Below are positions 51,341-60,326 of a DNA stretch of 64,000 bases, one piece after another. Source of the DNA: Thermoproteota archaeon (GTDB lineage: Archaea; Thermoproteota; Methanomethylicia; Methanomethylicales; Methanomethylicaceae); NCBI GenBank assembly GCA_020832905.1, contig JAJHRG010000001.1, positions 474,903 to 538,902 of the forward strand. Reading direction: 5' to 3'. How positions within the stretch are numbered: the first letter of the stretch is position 1; every line of letters begins with the position of its first letter. Position numbers and translations under genes: made by a program. The notes beneath the pieces are model-generated. The model was not told where the DNA came from, made no database searches, and saw nothing but the letters and a program-made list of their open reading frames with translations.

Positions 51341-52108
51341 ATCCATTTTTCCACTTACATAACCTTCTAGATCTAATGTTACTATCTTATATCCAAGCTC
51401 TTTAAATTTTTTTAATATTCTTTCTCTTAAATCTTCTTGTAAAAATCTTGAAATTTCTTCTTTTCCAATTTCTATTTTTGCAATATTTTTGAAATGTCTA
51501 ACTCTTATGATTTTAAATCCTTCTTCTTCTAAAATTTCCTCTGCTTTTATTACCATATCTATATCTTCTTTTCTTATTTTATAGCCATAAGGAAATCTTG
51601 TTATTAAACATGGACTACTTGGTTTTTCATAATCTAGTCCAATTTCTTTTGATAATTCTATTACTTCTTTTTTTCCAAATTTTAATTCCAATAATGGACT
51701 TTTTACATTTTCTTCTATAATTGCTTTTATTCCTAATCTATTTTCTTTAATATCATCATAATTTGTACCATCAATAATAAAATTATATCCAAGCTCTTTA
51801 GCAATTTTTTTCAATTCATTAATCATATGTTTCTTACATATGTAACATCTATCATATGGATTTTCCATAATAATTTCAGGAAGATTAATTTCTATAATCT
51901 TGTGATTAATTCCAAGAGAATTTGCTTTATTTTTTGCATATTCTATTTCTTTATTTTTTATAAATGGCGTTTTAATTGTAATTGCTAACATTTTATTTTT
52001 TAAAACTTTTTTTGCTATATATGCTACTAAGGTACTATCTATCCCTCCAGAATAAGCAATTATTGCACTATCAATATTACTAAACCAATCTTCAAGTACT
52101 TTTAGCAT
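51323..52108 (-). CDS. PP-loop ATP pyrophosphatase, LarE/TIGR00268-like sulfur transferase
   Basis: 261 aa with 'AYSGGIDST' (SGGxDS), 'DRCYICK', 'DGTNYDD', 'KSPL', 'PSSPCLITRFPYG' (Cys at the LarE sacrificial-Cys position) and 'RVRHF...AKIEI'. Confidence 0.75.
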   Translation of the reverse strand: MLKVLEDWFSNIDSAIIAYSGGIDSTLVAYIAKKVLKNKMLAITIKTPFIKNKEIEYAKNKANSLGINHKIIEINLPEIIMENPYDRCYICKKHMINELKKIAKELGYNFIIDGTNYDDIKENRLGIKAIIEENVKSPLLELKFGKKEVIELSKEIGLDYEKPSSPCLITRFPYGYKIRKEDIDMVIKAEEILEEEGFKIIRVRHFKNIAKIEIGKEEISRFLQEDLRERILKKFKELGYKIVTLDLEGYVSGKMDLILNI

Positions 52109-52934
52109 TTTTCCTTATTTCTATATCTAAGACAACTTGATATAATTTTTTCCCAACACTTCTTACAACTCTTTCATTTATAATATTAAAATCTTTTAAA
52201 AGTTTTTTAGCTTCTTCAATAGCTTCTTTTCTATTATTAGCTTTTTGATGTAAGTATACATGTAGCCAACCTTGCTCTTTTAAGCACTCTATAGCATATG
52301 GTAAGTACTCTATTGCTAATTCTGGAAATGGTAATAAAACTCTATCAGCAATTCCCTTTAGATCTTTTACAACATCTTTTGCATCTCCTAGTATAGGTAT
52401 AACAATTCCTTCTAATTTATTTAACTTAATATTTTCACACATCAATTCAAAAGCATATGGATTTTTGTCTATAGAATATACCTTTTGAGCTCCACTTTTT
52501 GCAATTAAAATTGAAAAAGTACCAACACCTGCAAACATATTTACTACAATCTCTCCTTTTTTTACTAATTTAGCAATTCTTAATCTCTCAAAGGATAAAC
52601 GAGGAGAGAAAAATACCTTTGATATATCTACTTTGAATAAACAATTATGTTCTTTATGAATTGTTACTGTATCTTTTTTTCCAGCAAGCCATTCTATTCC
52701 TCTTACTTTATATTCACCACTTGCAGGACTTATTTGTCTAAAAACTCCTTTCACACCACCTAAATGAGATAATAATGCTTCACCTATTTCATACTTCTTA
52801 TTTTCCCATTCTCTTGGTATTTTTATAATTGCAATATCTCCAATAATATCAATACTTGTAATAGCTTTTTTTAACTCCTCCTCAGAAAATAGACTACTAA
52901 GTGCTTTTCTCATTATTCTCAATTTAGGCACCAA
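52092..52934 (-). CDS. Met-10+ domain tRNA modification enzyme (Trm5/Taw2 family)
   Basis: 280 aa with 'VFFSPRLSFERLRIA' and the SAM-binding 'VNMFAGVGTFSI'. I cannot distinguish m1G37 methyltransferase from a wyosine-pathway Taw2/Taw22 enzyme by eye. Confidence 0.75.
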   Translation of the reverse strand: MVPKLRIMRKALSSLFSEEELKKAITSIDIIGDIAIIKIPREWENKKYEIGEALLSHLGGVKGVFRQISPASGEYKVRGIEWLAGKKDTVTIHKEHNCLFKVDISKVFFSPRLSFERLRIAKLVKKGEIVVNMFAGVGTFSILIAKSGAQKVYSIDKNPYAFELMCENIKLNKLEGIVIPILGDAKDVVKDLKGIADRVLLPFPELAIEYLPYAIECLKEQGWLHVYLHQKANNRKEAIEEAKKLLKDFNIINERVVRSVGKKLYQVVLDIEIRKNAKST

Positions 52935-54455
52935 TTATATTGCTTTTAATGTTATTTTTACTCCTACTTTTTGTTCTAATCTTTGTATTTTTCTTTTACA
53001 CTTCTTTGCAATATAATTTATTCTATTTGAAGGTATATTAATTATAACTTCTTTATCATTTGTTTCTAATGTTACTTCTTCTATTGGTAAGTATCTTTCC
53101 AATAACTTCAAAATCATAGATTCTATTATTTTTTCTTCTTTTTTTGTTTTTAATGGTATTACAAATGTTCTTTCTCCAAATACATAAATTTCATATTCTA
53201 CTTCATTTGTTTCAAAATCTTTTACTAATAATACTGGTCTTGTGAGATCTGATTCAGTAAGACCATGAGGTATTTTAACTTTTGTCTCAAGTTCATAAAC
53301 TTTTTCTACAGTACCTTTATTTATAAATATTACAGTATCTATTATTGAAGGTATCATTCCTAATTCTACTCTACCAATAAATCTTTGTATAGCATCTATT
53401 GGTGATGCTGCATGTACAACACCTACCATTCCAACACCTGCTAATCTTAAATCTGTAAATATCTTAAAATCTTCAGTATCTCTCATTTCATCAAAGAAAG
53501 TATAATCTGGTCTACTTAATAATAAAACATCATGAAGTTCTTCTGATGATACTTTTGATTTTGAATATTGAGTAACAGTAGGAGGAAGACAAAGATCTCT
53601 TGGAGATTCTATTGTTTTTATTATTTTATTTTCTCTTAAGTAGAATTTAGCTAAAGCTCTAGCAAAAGTAGTCTTTCCCATACCAGGTGCTCCAGCAATT
53701 AAAATACCTTCTGCTCTTTCTTTTAATCTCTTTATAAGTTTTGGTGATAAGTTATAATCTTCAATTTCTAAATCAACTAATTTTTTAGTAATTGTTAGTT
53801 CTAATCTATCTGAAAATGGTGGATATGTTATTATTATTCTATAATTTCTTAACATTAAAATTTTAGAACTTTCTCTATCCAATTCTATAAATCCTTCTTC
53901 ATCTACTCTTTCAAATATATCTTCAATAATCTTTTCTAACTCCTTTATATCCATAACTTTATTTTCTAATGTTTGAAGTTGCCAAGAGCCAGGTCTTCCA
54001 ACTTTTCCTCTTGGCATTAATCCTTCTTTAAGATGTACTGACATAACATTTTCATTAAAATATTTTACAAAAATTGGTTCTCCTTGAATTTTAGTTGCTT
54101 TACCATATAATACTTCTATACCCATTGCTTTTGCAATTTTAGCTAAATTTTCATTTGAAGTAATAAGAGGATAGTTATTACTCATTGCTACATGTAATAC
54201 AGATTCTTCATCATCTAATACTTTTCTATCTTCTCTTATTATTTCAATATTTACTCCTACTTGTTCTGCTATACTTTTTAGAGTTGAAAAATTCTCTAAA
54301 ATAAGATAATTACCTTTTTTTACTTCTCTTCTTATACTATTAATTACTTCTTCTGGTATTATTATTTTACTTGTAATCTTTCCTCCACTAACTAAATCTA
54401 AAATAAATCTTGATCTTATAGCAGATATATCACAAACAGCTACATCAATTAACAT
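52935..54455 (-). CDS. PIN-domain + P-loop ATPase + KH-domain protein (PINA / PilT-family ATPase-like)
   Basis: 506 aa. PIN-like N-terminus, Walker A 'GAPGMGKTTFARAL', 'FFDEMRD' Walker B region, and a C-terminal KH-like 'RLEQKVGVKITLKAI'. Confidence 0.7.
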   Translation of the reverse strand: MLIDVAVCDISAIRSRFILDLVSGGKITSKIIIPEEVINSIRREVKKGNYLILENFSTLKSIAEQVGVNIEIIREDRKVLDDEESVLHVAMSNNYPLITSNENLAKIAKAMGIEVLYGKATKIQGEPIFVKYFNENVMSVHLKEGLMPRGKVGRPGSWQLQTLENKVMDIKELEKIIEDIFERVDEEGFIELDRESSKILMLRNYRIIITYPPFSDRLELTITKKLVDLEIEDYNLSPKLIKRLKERAEGILIAGAPGMGKTTFARALAKFYLRENKIIKTIESPRDLCLPPTVTQYSKSKVSSEELHDVLLLSRPDYTFFDEMRDTEDFKIFTDLRLAGVGMVGVVHAASPIDAIQRFIGRVELGMIPSIIDTVIFINKGTVEKVYELETKVKIPHGLTESDLTRPVLLVKDFETNEVEYEIYVFGERTFVIPLKTKKEEKIIESMILKLLERYLPIEEVTLETNDKEVIINIPSNRINYIAKKCKRKIQRLEQKVGVKITLKAI

Positions 54456-54503
54456 TTTTCACATCCAATAAAATCTAACTAGTATAAAAACTTATTCTCT
54501 AAA

Positions 54504-56096
54504 TTAAGATAGCTTTTTCATCATGTAAGGTGAATTAGGAAGCTTTCTATATCCTCTTTTTCTGTAGTAATCTCTTACTCCTACACCTGGTAGTACAACA
54601 ATTTTCTTTAAATTAAATTCATTTAAAACAATTTCTTCTGCTTTATTTAATAACATAGTTCCATATCCTTTATGCTGATATGCATCTTCTAATTTTTCAC
54701 CAACAGGTACTTGAGGTCCATATACATGAAGCTCTCTTATTACTCCAGCATTCTTTACTTCTCTCCTATGAGCATATTCAGATGGAATTCTTAATCTTAA
54801 AAAACCAATTAAATAATCTTTATTTTTATCTTCTAATGATATGAAAAACTCAACTCCTTTGCTAGCATTATATTCTTCTACTTCTATACTTGGATTAATA
54901 TCAAAAATCTCTTCTTTTCTTATTTTTGCAAGACCTATTTCTCTACATCTTATACATTTACATTTTAATCCCATTTCCTTAAGTCTTCTTTCAAATTCTT
55001 CTCTTAAATTACTCTTTTTTACTCCATCTACTATTATATCAGCAGGAATATCTCTTTGAATTCTTGAAATTCTAACCCATTTAGGAAAATATTTATGAGC
55101 TTTAATTAATAGATTTATAACATCTTCAGTTTGCATTGGTTTATATTTTCCTTCTAACCATTCCTTATATAATTCTGTACCTTCTATTACAAGTGTAGGA
55201 TAAATTTTTAAATAATCTGGCTTAAAGTCTTCATCTTCAAATATTCTTCTTAAATCCTCTAAATCTTTATCAAAATTACTACCAGGAAGACCAGGCATCA
55301 TATGATATCCTACTTTTAATCCACTATCTCTTAATATTCTTGTTGCCTCAATAACATCTTTTGTAGTACAACCTCTTTTTACTCTTTTTAAGATTTCATC
55401 ATCTAATGTTTGAACACCTATTTCTACTAATGTTGCTCCAAGTCTTATCATTCTATCTACATGAACTTCTTTTGCCCAATCAGGTCTTGTCTCCATTGTT
55501 ATTCCTATACATCTTACATTACTTTTTTCATTTCTTCTTTGAGCTTCTTCAAGACTAATCCATCTATATGGTTTTGAAATTGGAAAATCATTCATTGCTT
55601 CTAAGCATCTTGTTACAAACCATTCTTGATAATCAAGATCCATAGCAGGAAATGTTCCTCCCATTATTATTAATTGTATTTTTGATGGAGTATGTCCCAT
55701 ATTAACATACTGAAGTAATCTTTGCATTACTTGTTTATATGGATCAAAATTATTTTGAATAGCTCTCATTAATGCAGGCTCTTTTCCTATATAGCTTTGA
55801 GGTGTTCCATATTTAATACCTCCTGGACAGTATGAACATGGTTCTTCTTTTGGACATTTTGATGGTTTTGTCATTACTGCTACTGTAAATATACCTGATG
55901 CTCCTCTTACTTTTTTACTTTTTAATTTCTCTAATAATTCTTTTTCACTTTTTCCTATACTCTTTAAATATCTTAATATTTCATAATTTTTAAGAACTCT
56001 TCCAATTTTTTGAGAAAACATGAACTTTACTTTATTTATATCACTACAAATCTTTAGATATTCTATCATTTCCTTTATAATATTTTCTTCAATCAT
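54504..56096 (-). CDS. elp3: Elp3: radical SAM + GNAT tRNA U34 carboxymethyl-modification enzyme
   Basis: 530 aa. 'CPKEEPCSYCPGG' is the Cys-rich radical SAM region, with 'GGTF', 'EIGVQT...DEIL' and the C-terminal GNAT motif 'YQHKGYGTMLL'. Confidence 0.92.
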   Translation of the reverse strand: MIEENIIKEMIEYLKICSDINKVKFMFSQKIGRVLKNYEILRYLKSIGKSEKELLEKLKSKKVRGASGIFTVAVMTKPSKCPKEEPCSYCPGGIKYGTPQSYIGKEPALMRAIQNNFDPYKQVMQRLLQYVNMGHTPSKIQLIIMGGTFPAMDLDYQEWFVTRCLEAMNDFPISKPYRWISLEEAQRRNEKSNVRCIGITMETRPDWAKEVHVDRMIRLGATLVEIGVQTLDDEILKRVKRGCTTKDVIEATRILRDSGLKVGYHMMPGLPGSNFDKDLEDLRRIFEDEDFKPDYLKIYPTLVIEGTELYKEWLEGKYKPMQTEDVINLLIKAHKYFPKWVRISRIQRDIPADIIVDGVKKSNLREEFERRLKEMGLKCKCIRCREIGLAKIRKEEIFDINPSIEVEEYNASKGVEFFISLEDKNKDYLIGFLRLRIPSEYAHRREVKNAGVIRELHVYGPQVPVGEKLEDAYQHKGYGTMLLNKAEEIVLNEFNLKKIVVLPGVGVRDYYRKRGYRKLPNSPYMMKKLS

Positions 56097-56775
56097 GATT
56101 AATTCTCCTTGCTATTACTACACAATTCTCTGGAAATATTTTAGAATTAACTTTTTCACCATATGCTTTCTCAATTATAAAACCACTTTCTCTTACTAAA
56201 GATTTTAATTCTCTCATAGTAAATAAGTGATAAAATCTTTTTTCCTTTCCCCATGGTACATATATATCTCCAAATTCATATCCTTTAAGATACATATATA
56301 TTATACTTAAAATTTTTCTTAAGAATCTCATTTGAATCAATGACCATGTTGTTATAATTATTCTTCCTCCTTTCTTTAAGACTCTATAACATTCCTTTAT
56401 ACTCATTTTTCTCATTTCCTTATTAGGTATATGATGTAATGTAGCGATATATAGTATTTTATCAAATACAGAAGAACGAAAAGGTAAGTAAATTGCATCA
56501 CATCTAATAGGAATAATACTTTCTTTTTCTTCTTTCCCTAGGTTTGATAGTAAATTTTCTAGCATTCTTTTTGAAAAATCTGCAGCAATAACTAATTTAG
56601 CACCTTTTTTAAGAACATATTTTGAATTTCTACCACTACCTGCTCCTAAATCTAATATAATATTACCATCAAAAGGAGCTAACTCATCAATACTTTTCCA
56701 TATTTTTCTTCTTTTTATACTAAAATCATTAGCAATTTTATCAAAAACCTTCATTATTTCTTTTCTACTTATCAT
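56089..56775 (-). CDS. Trm9-like class I SAM-dependent methyltransferase
   Basis: 228 aa. 'VFDKIANDFSIKRRKIW', 'LDLGAGSGRN', 'IATLHHIPNKEMR', 'GGRIIITTWSLIQ', 'DIYVPW' and 'RFYHLFTMRELKSLV' are co-linear with the yeast Trm9 blocks (VYNEIAPHFSQTRYKPW / DVGCGNGK / AVVHHWSTRERR / ALIYCWALEQ / DVFVPW / RYYHLYREGEL) as I recall them. Confidence 0.7.
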   Translation of the reverse strand: MISRKEIMKVFDKIANDFSIKRRKIWKSIDELAPFDGNIILDLGAGSGRNSKYVLKKGAKLVIAADFSKRMLENLLSNLGKEEKESIIPIRCDAIYLPFRSSVFDKILYIATLHHIPNKEMRKMSIKECYRVLKKGGRIIITTWSLIQMRFLRKILSIIYMYLKGYEFGDIYVPWGKEKRFYHLFTMRELKSLVRESGFIIEKAYGEKVNSKIFPENCVVIARRINHD

Positions 56776-57455
56776 ATTTTCTCCTCTAAAATTTTTTCAG
56801 CAATTTCTACAAAACCAAGTCCAAATTCTTTACTTGCTACATAATCAGCAATTTTTTTAATTCTAGGATCAGCATTTGCAACTGTTGCCTTAAACTTACA
56901 TATATTTAACATTTCTAAATCTGTTATACTATCACCTACACCTGCAACTTCTTCAGGTTTTAATCCAATAAGTTTCAATGCTAATAATAGACCTTTTCCT
57001 TTATCAACATTTTCATCTGTTATATGATACGCAAATCCACTATCGATAACTTTAGCTCCTTTAATTTTTTTAATAACATTTTCTACTTTTTCAATATCTA
57101 ATGTTCTTCTTATTGCAACATCTACAAATCTAAAAGCATTAGACCATGATTCTTTTATTTCATTAGGATATACTTTTTTAAGCTCTTCAACTGCTTTTCT
57201 TCCTATTCCTTTTCTTCCTATTATTCTTATTTTTGCATTATATTCTACAACAGCACCATTTTCTGCAATTGTAGGACCACTACATCCAATGTATTTTGAA
57301 AGAGCCTTAACAACACATAATGCATTTCCTGAACTTAGTATTACCATTATTTTATTTTCTTCTAATTTCCTTATACTACTTATAGCTTCTAAACATAATT
57401 TACCACTACTATCAGTTATAGTACCATCTATATCTAATGCTATTGCTTTAATCAT
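56772..57455 (-). CDS. HAD-superfamily phosphatase, archaeal phosphoglycolate phosphatase/Cof type
   Basis: 227 aa with 'IKAIALDIDGTIT', 'SGNA' and 'GVGDSITDLEM'. Confidence 0.8.
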   Translation of the reverse strand: MIKAIALDIDGTITDSSGKLCLEAISSIRKLEENKIMVILSSGNALCVVKALSKYIGCSGPTIAENGAVVEYNAKIRIIGRKGIGRKAVEELKKVYPNEIKESWSNAFRFVDVAIRRTLDIEKVENVIKKIKGAKVIDSGFAYHITDENVDKGKGLLLALKLIGLKPEEVAGVGDSITDLEMLNICKFKATVANADPRIKKIADYVASKEFGLGFVEIAEKILEEKI

Positions 57456-57514
57456 ATCAAAAAATAAGAACTACAGAAAGTTTATATTAATTTAATTCTT
57501 TCTATAGTTAAGAA

Positions 57515-58999
57515 ATGATTAAACTTAGAGTATTAGGTGGAGGAAGAGAAGTAGGAAGATCTTGTTATCAATTAGATATTGATAATTATCATTTTCTTTT
57601 AGATTGTGGAATTTCTCCTAAATCAAAAGGATTATCTGCACTTCCTATAATACCTGATGTTAATAGTATTGATGCAATTTTTGTATCTCATGCACATTTA
57701 GATCATACAGGAGCAATTCCAAATCTTGTAAAAAATGGTTTTAAAAATAAAGTCTTTATGACACTTCCAACTTTAGCTCTTTTAAAACTTTTATGGCAAG
57801 ATGAACTTTCAATAATGGAAAGAGAATGGCCACAAGAAGAAAGATTATGGTCTTCAAAAGAAATGAATATTGTACTTGCAAAATTAACAGAAACTCTAAC
57901 TTATCATGAGCTTTATAAATTTGATTCAATTTCTATTAATTTTCATAATGCAGGTCATATATTAGGCTCATCAATGATAGAAATTTCATATAATGATTTT
58001 AGAATTGTCTATACTGGAGATTTAGGAACATCATCTAATCATTTAAGATATTGGAGAACTGATGATATTGCTTATCCTAATGTCTTAATATGTGAAGGAA
58101 CTTATGGTGGAAAAAATAGGAAAAGTAAAGAAGAAATATCAAAAGAATTTATAGAATGTATTAAAACTACACTTGAAAGAAAAGGAAAAATATTGATACC
58201 TGTATTTGCTGTAGGAAAAACTCAAGAAATTTTAAAAATTTTAAAGGATAATTGGAATAAATTACCAAATGTTAATGTATATTTAGAAGGAATGTCTTTA
58301 GATGCTTTAGATGTTTATGAACAATTTATGATTTATATGGCTGATAATATAAGACGAGCATTTATTTTCAATAATGTTAATCCATTTAGATGGGAGGCTT
58401 TAAAAAAATTTAAAAGCTTAGCTGAAAGAAAGGAAATTTATTCTAAAAATGAGCCATTTATAATAATAGCACCTTCTGGTATGTTAAGAGGAGGATGGAG
58501 TGTTTGGCATATGATACGTATTGCTCCTATTGAAAATAATTTAATTACTATTTTAGGTCATATGGAAAGTGGTACTATTGGTTATGATTTAATAAATAAT
58601 ATTCGTGAATTTAAATTAAAAGATATGATAAGTAATGAAGAGTTTAATGTAAAAGTTAATTGTGAGGTTAAGCACTTTGATATTTCATCACATGCTATGC
58701 ATAGTGAATTATGCAATTACATAGCAAGAATGAAACCAGAAAAACTTATATTAATTCATGGTGATTATAATAGTTTAAATTCTATTGCTGAAAATGTAAA
58801 ACAACATGTTAATGAAATTATAATACCTTCAAATGGTGATATAATAGATCTTCAATTAACTCCTAGAGAATTAGAATTACCAATAACAAAGGATTTTTCA
58901 ATAATATTACCACAATATACAAAAATTAAGATAAAATATAAAGGAGAAATAAGATATATCAATAGTAGTGATATTAATTCAATTATAAATCAGCCATGA
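57515..58999 (+). CDS. Metallo-beta-lactamase / beta-CASP ribonuclease (aCPSF-like, no KH domains)
   Basis: 494 aa with 'LGGGREVGRSC', 'LLDCG', 'VSHAHLDHTGAIP', 'GHILGS' and 'IHGD'. Confidence 0.8.
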   Translation: MIKLRVLGGGREVGRSCYQLDIDNYHFLLDCGISPKSKGLSALPIIPDVNSIDAIFVSHAHLDHTGAIPNLVKNGFKNKVFMTLPTLALLKLLWQDELSIMEREWPQEERLWSSKEMNIVLAKLTETLTYHELYKFDSISINFHNAGHILGSSMIEISYNDFRIVYTGDLGTSSNHLRYWRTDDIAYPNVLICEGTYGGKNRKSKEEISKEFIECIKTTLERKGKILIPVFAVGKTQEILKILKDNWNKLPNVNVYLEGMSLDALDVYEQFMIYMADNIRRAFIFNNVNPFRWEALKKFKSLAERKEIYSKNEPFIIIAPSGMLRGGWSVWHMIRIAPIENNLITILGHMESGTIGYDLINNIREFKLKDMISNEEFNVKVNCEVKHFDISSHAMHSELCNYIARMKPEKLILIHGDYNSLNSIAENVKQHVNEIIIPSNGDIIDLQLTPRELELPITKDFSIILPQYTKIKIKYKGEIRYINSSDINSIINQP

Positions 59000-59877
59000 A
59001 AATATGTTGATATTTTTTCCTTCCCTGGTATTCCAATAGCATCTGCTCTACATTGTTTACATAATCTAAATTGAGGTAAGTATTTTTCTGCAAGATCTCT
59101 TGCTTTTTTTAATTCATCACATGTAGGTCTTCTTAAATTTTCAAATTTATACATAGGTATTAATGGAATTATGTTCATAAGACTTGCTCCTCTATCTCTA
59201 CATTCTCTAGCAATATTCTCTATTTCATTTGAATTTATTTCCGGAATTAGTACTGTATTTATTCTTACAACAATTCCTCTTTTTACTAATTCTTCTATTC
59301 CTCTTAATTGTTTTTCAATTAATAATTTTGAAGCTTCTATTCCTCTTAGAATTTTCCCTTCATAAAATATCCATTCATATATTTTTGCTCCAATTTCTGG
59401 ATTTATAGCATTTATAGTTATTGTAACAGTACTTACTCCTAAGTTTTTTAATTCATTAGCTTTATCTTCAACAAGTAATCCATTAGTTGAAATACATCTT
59501 ATAAGCCAATTCCATCTTTCCTTTATTATTGATAGAACTTCAAAAGTTTCCTTATTATATAGACTTTCTCCAGGACCTGCTATGCCAACAACTTTTAAAT
59601 CTTTATTACTTTTTATTTCAGCTTCTAGTCTATTTATAGCTTCATTTACATCTGTTATGCAAGAAGCAACACCAGGTCTCCATTCACATTTATTAATATC
59701 TCTTTTACAATAATTACATTGTATATTACATTTGGGTGCTACTGGAAGATGAATTCTTGCTACTCTATAATGTGCTTTTACACCAAAACATGGATGAATA
59801 GAAGTAAAATGAGAAAATTTTGATCCTATTCCTATCCATTTTGGATTTTTTGGCATGAATGAACTTACTCCATCCAC
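58990..59877 (-). CDS. nifB: NifB-family radical SAM protein (radical SAM domain only)
   Basis: 295 aa. 'HPCFGVKAHYRVARIHLPVAPKCNIQCNYCKR', 'RPGVAS', 'VGIAGPGE', 'STNG', 'VTITINA', 'NTVLIP' and 'CKQCRADAIG' are co-linear with the NifB blocks of methanogen NifB proteins as I recall them. Confidence 0.8.
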   Translation of the reverse strand: MDGVSSFMPKNPKWIGIGSKFSHFTSIHPCFGVKAHYRVARIHLPVAPKCNIQCNYCKRDINKCEWRPGVASCITDVNEAINRLEAEIKSNKDLKVVGIAGPGESLYNKETFEVLSIIKERWNWLIRCISTNGLLVEDKANELKNLGVSTVTITINAINPEIGAKIYEWIFYEGKILRGIEASKLLIEKQLRGIEELVKRGIVVRINTVLIPEINSNEIENIARECRDRGASLMNIIPLIPMYKFENLRRPTCDELKKARDLAEKYLPQFRLCKQCRADAIGIPGKEKISTYFHG

Positions 59878-60269
59878 TTAATATATGCTTCTGCTAATCT
59901 CTTGAGAGCTCCAGCAAAATCCCTACTTAATACATATTTAGATTCTGAGGGTCTATATTCTAGAAAACCTAATGGTATCAAATAATTCTTTATAACATTA
60001 TAAGCTGCACTTCTTCTTCTTGGTAATAATCTTTCATTTATGTAATTAGATAATTCACTTGTAGTAACCCATTTTATTTTTCCACGTTTTTCTTCATTAC
60101 TTTTATTTTTAATCCATTCTAATAGTATAATTGCTATTTCTTTATATGATTCAGAATTAGTAAATACTATATCCATAATATCTTTTAAGCTCATATTACT
60201 TGATACTTTTTCAGCTTCAAAAAACATTTTTCCACTTTTTCTTTCTCTTCTTATAATTCTTCTTGGCAT
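59865..60269 (-). CDS. Small basic hypothetical protein, possible winged-helix DNA binder
   Basis: 134 aa. Its stop region overlaps the nifB-like start by 13 nt, which suggests an operon. 'TTSELSNYINERLLPRRRSAAYNVIKNYLIPLGFLE' looks wHTH-like. Confidence 0.45.
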   Translation of the reverse strand: MPRRIIRRERKSGKMFFEAEKVSSNMSLKDIMDIVFTNSESYKEIAIILLEWIKNKSNEEKRGKIKWVTTSELSNYINERLLPRRRSAAYNVIKNYLIPLGFLEYRPSESKYVLSRDFAGALKRLAEAYIKWME

Positions 60270-60326
60270 TTTTACTCAAAAATATATAAGAAAAATTCAA
60301 ATAAAAAACTAAGCTAAGGTGAGATT

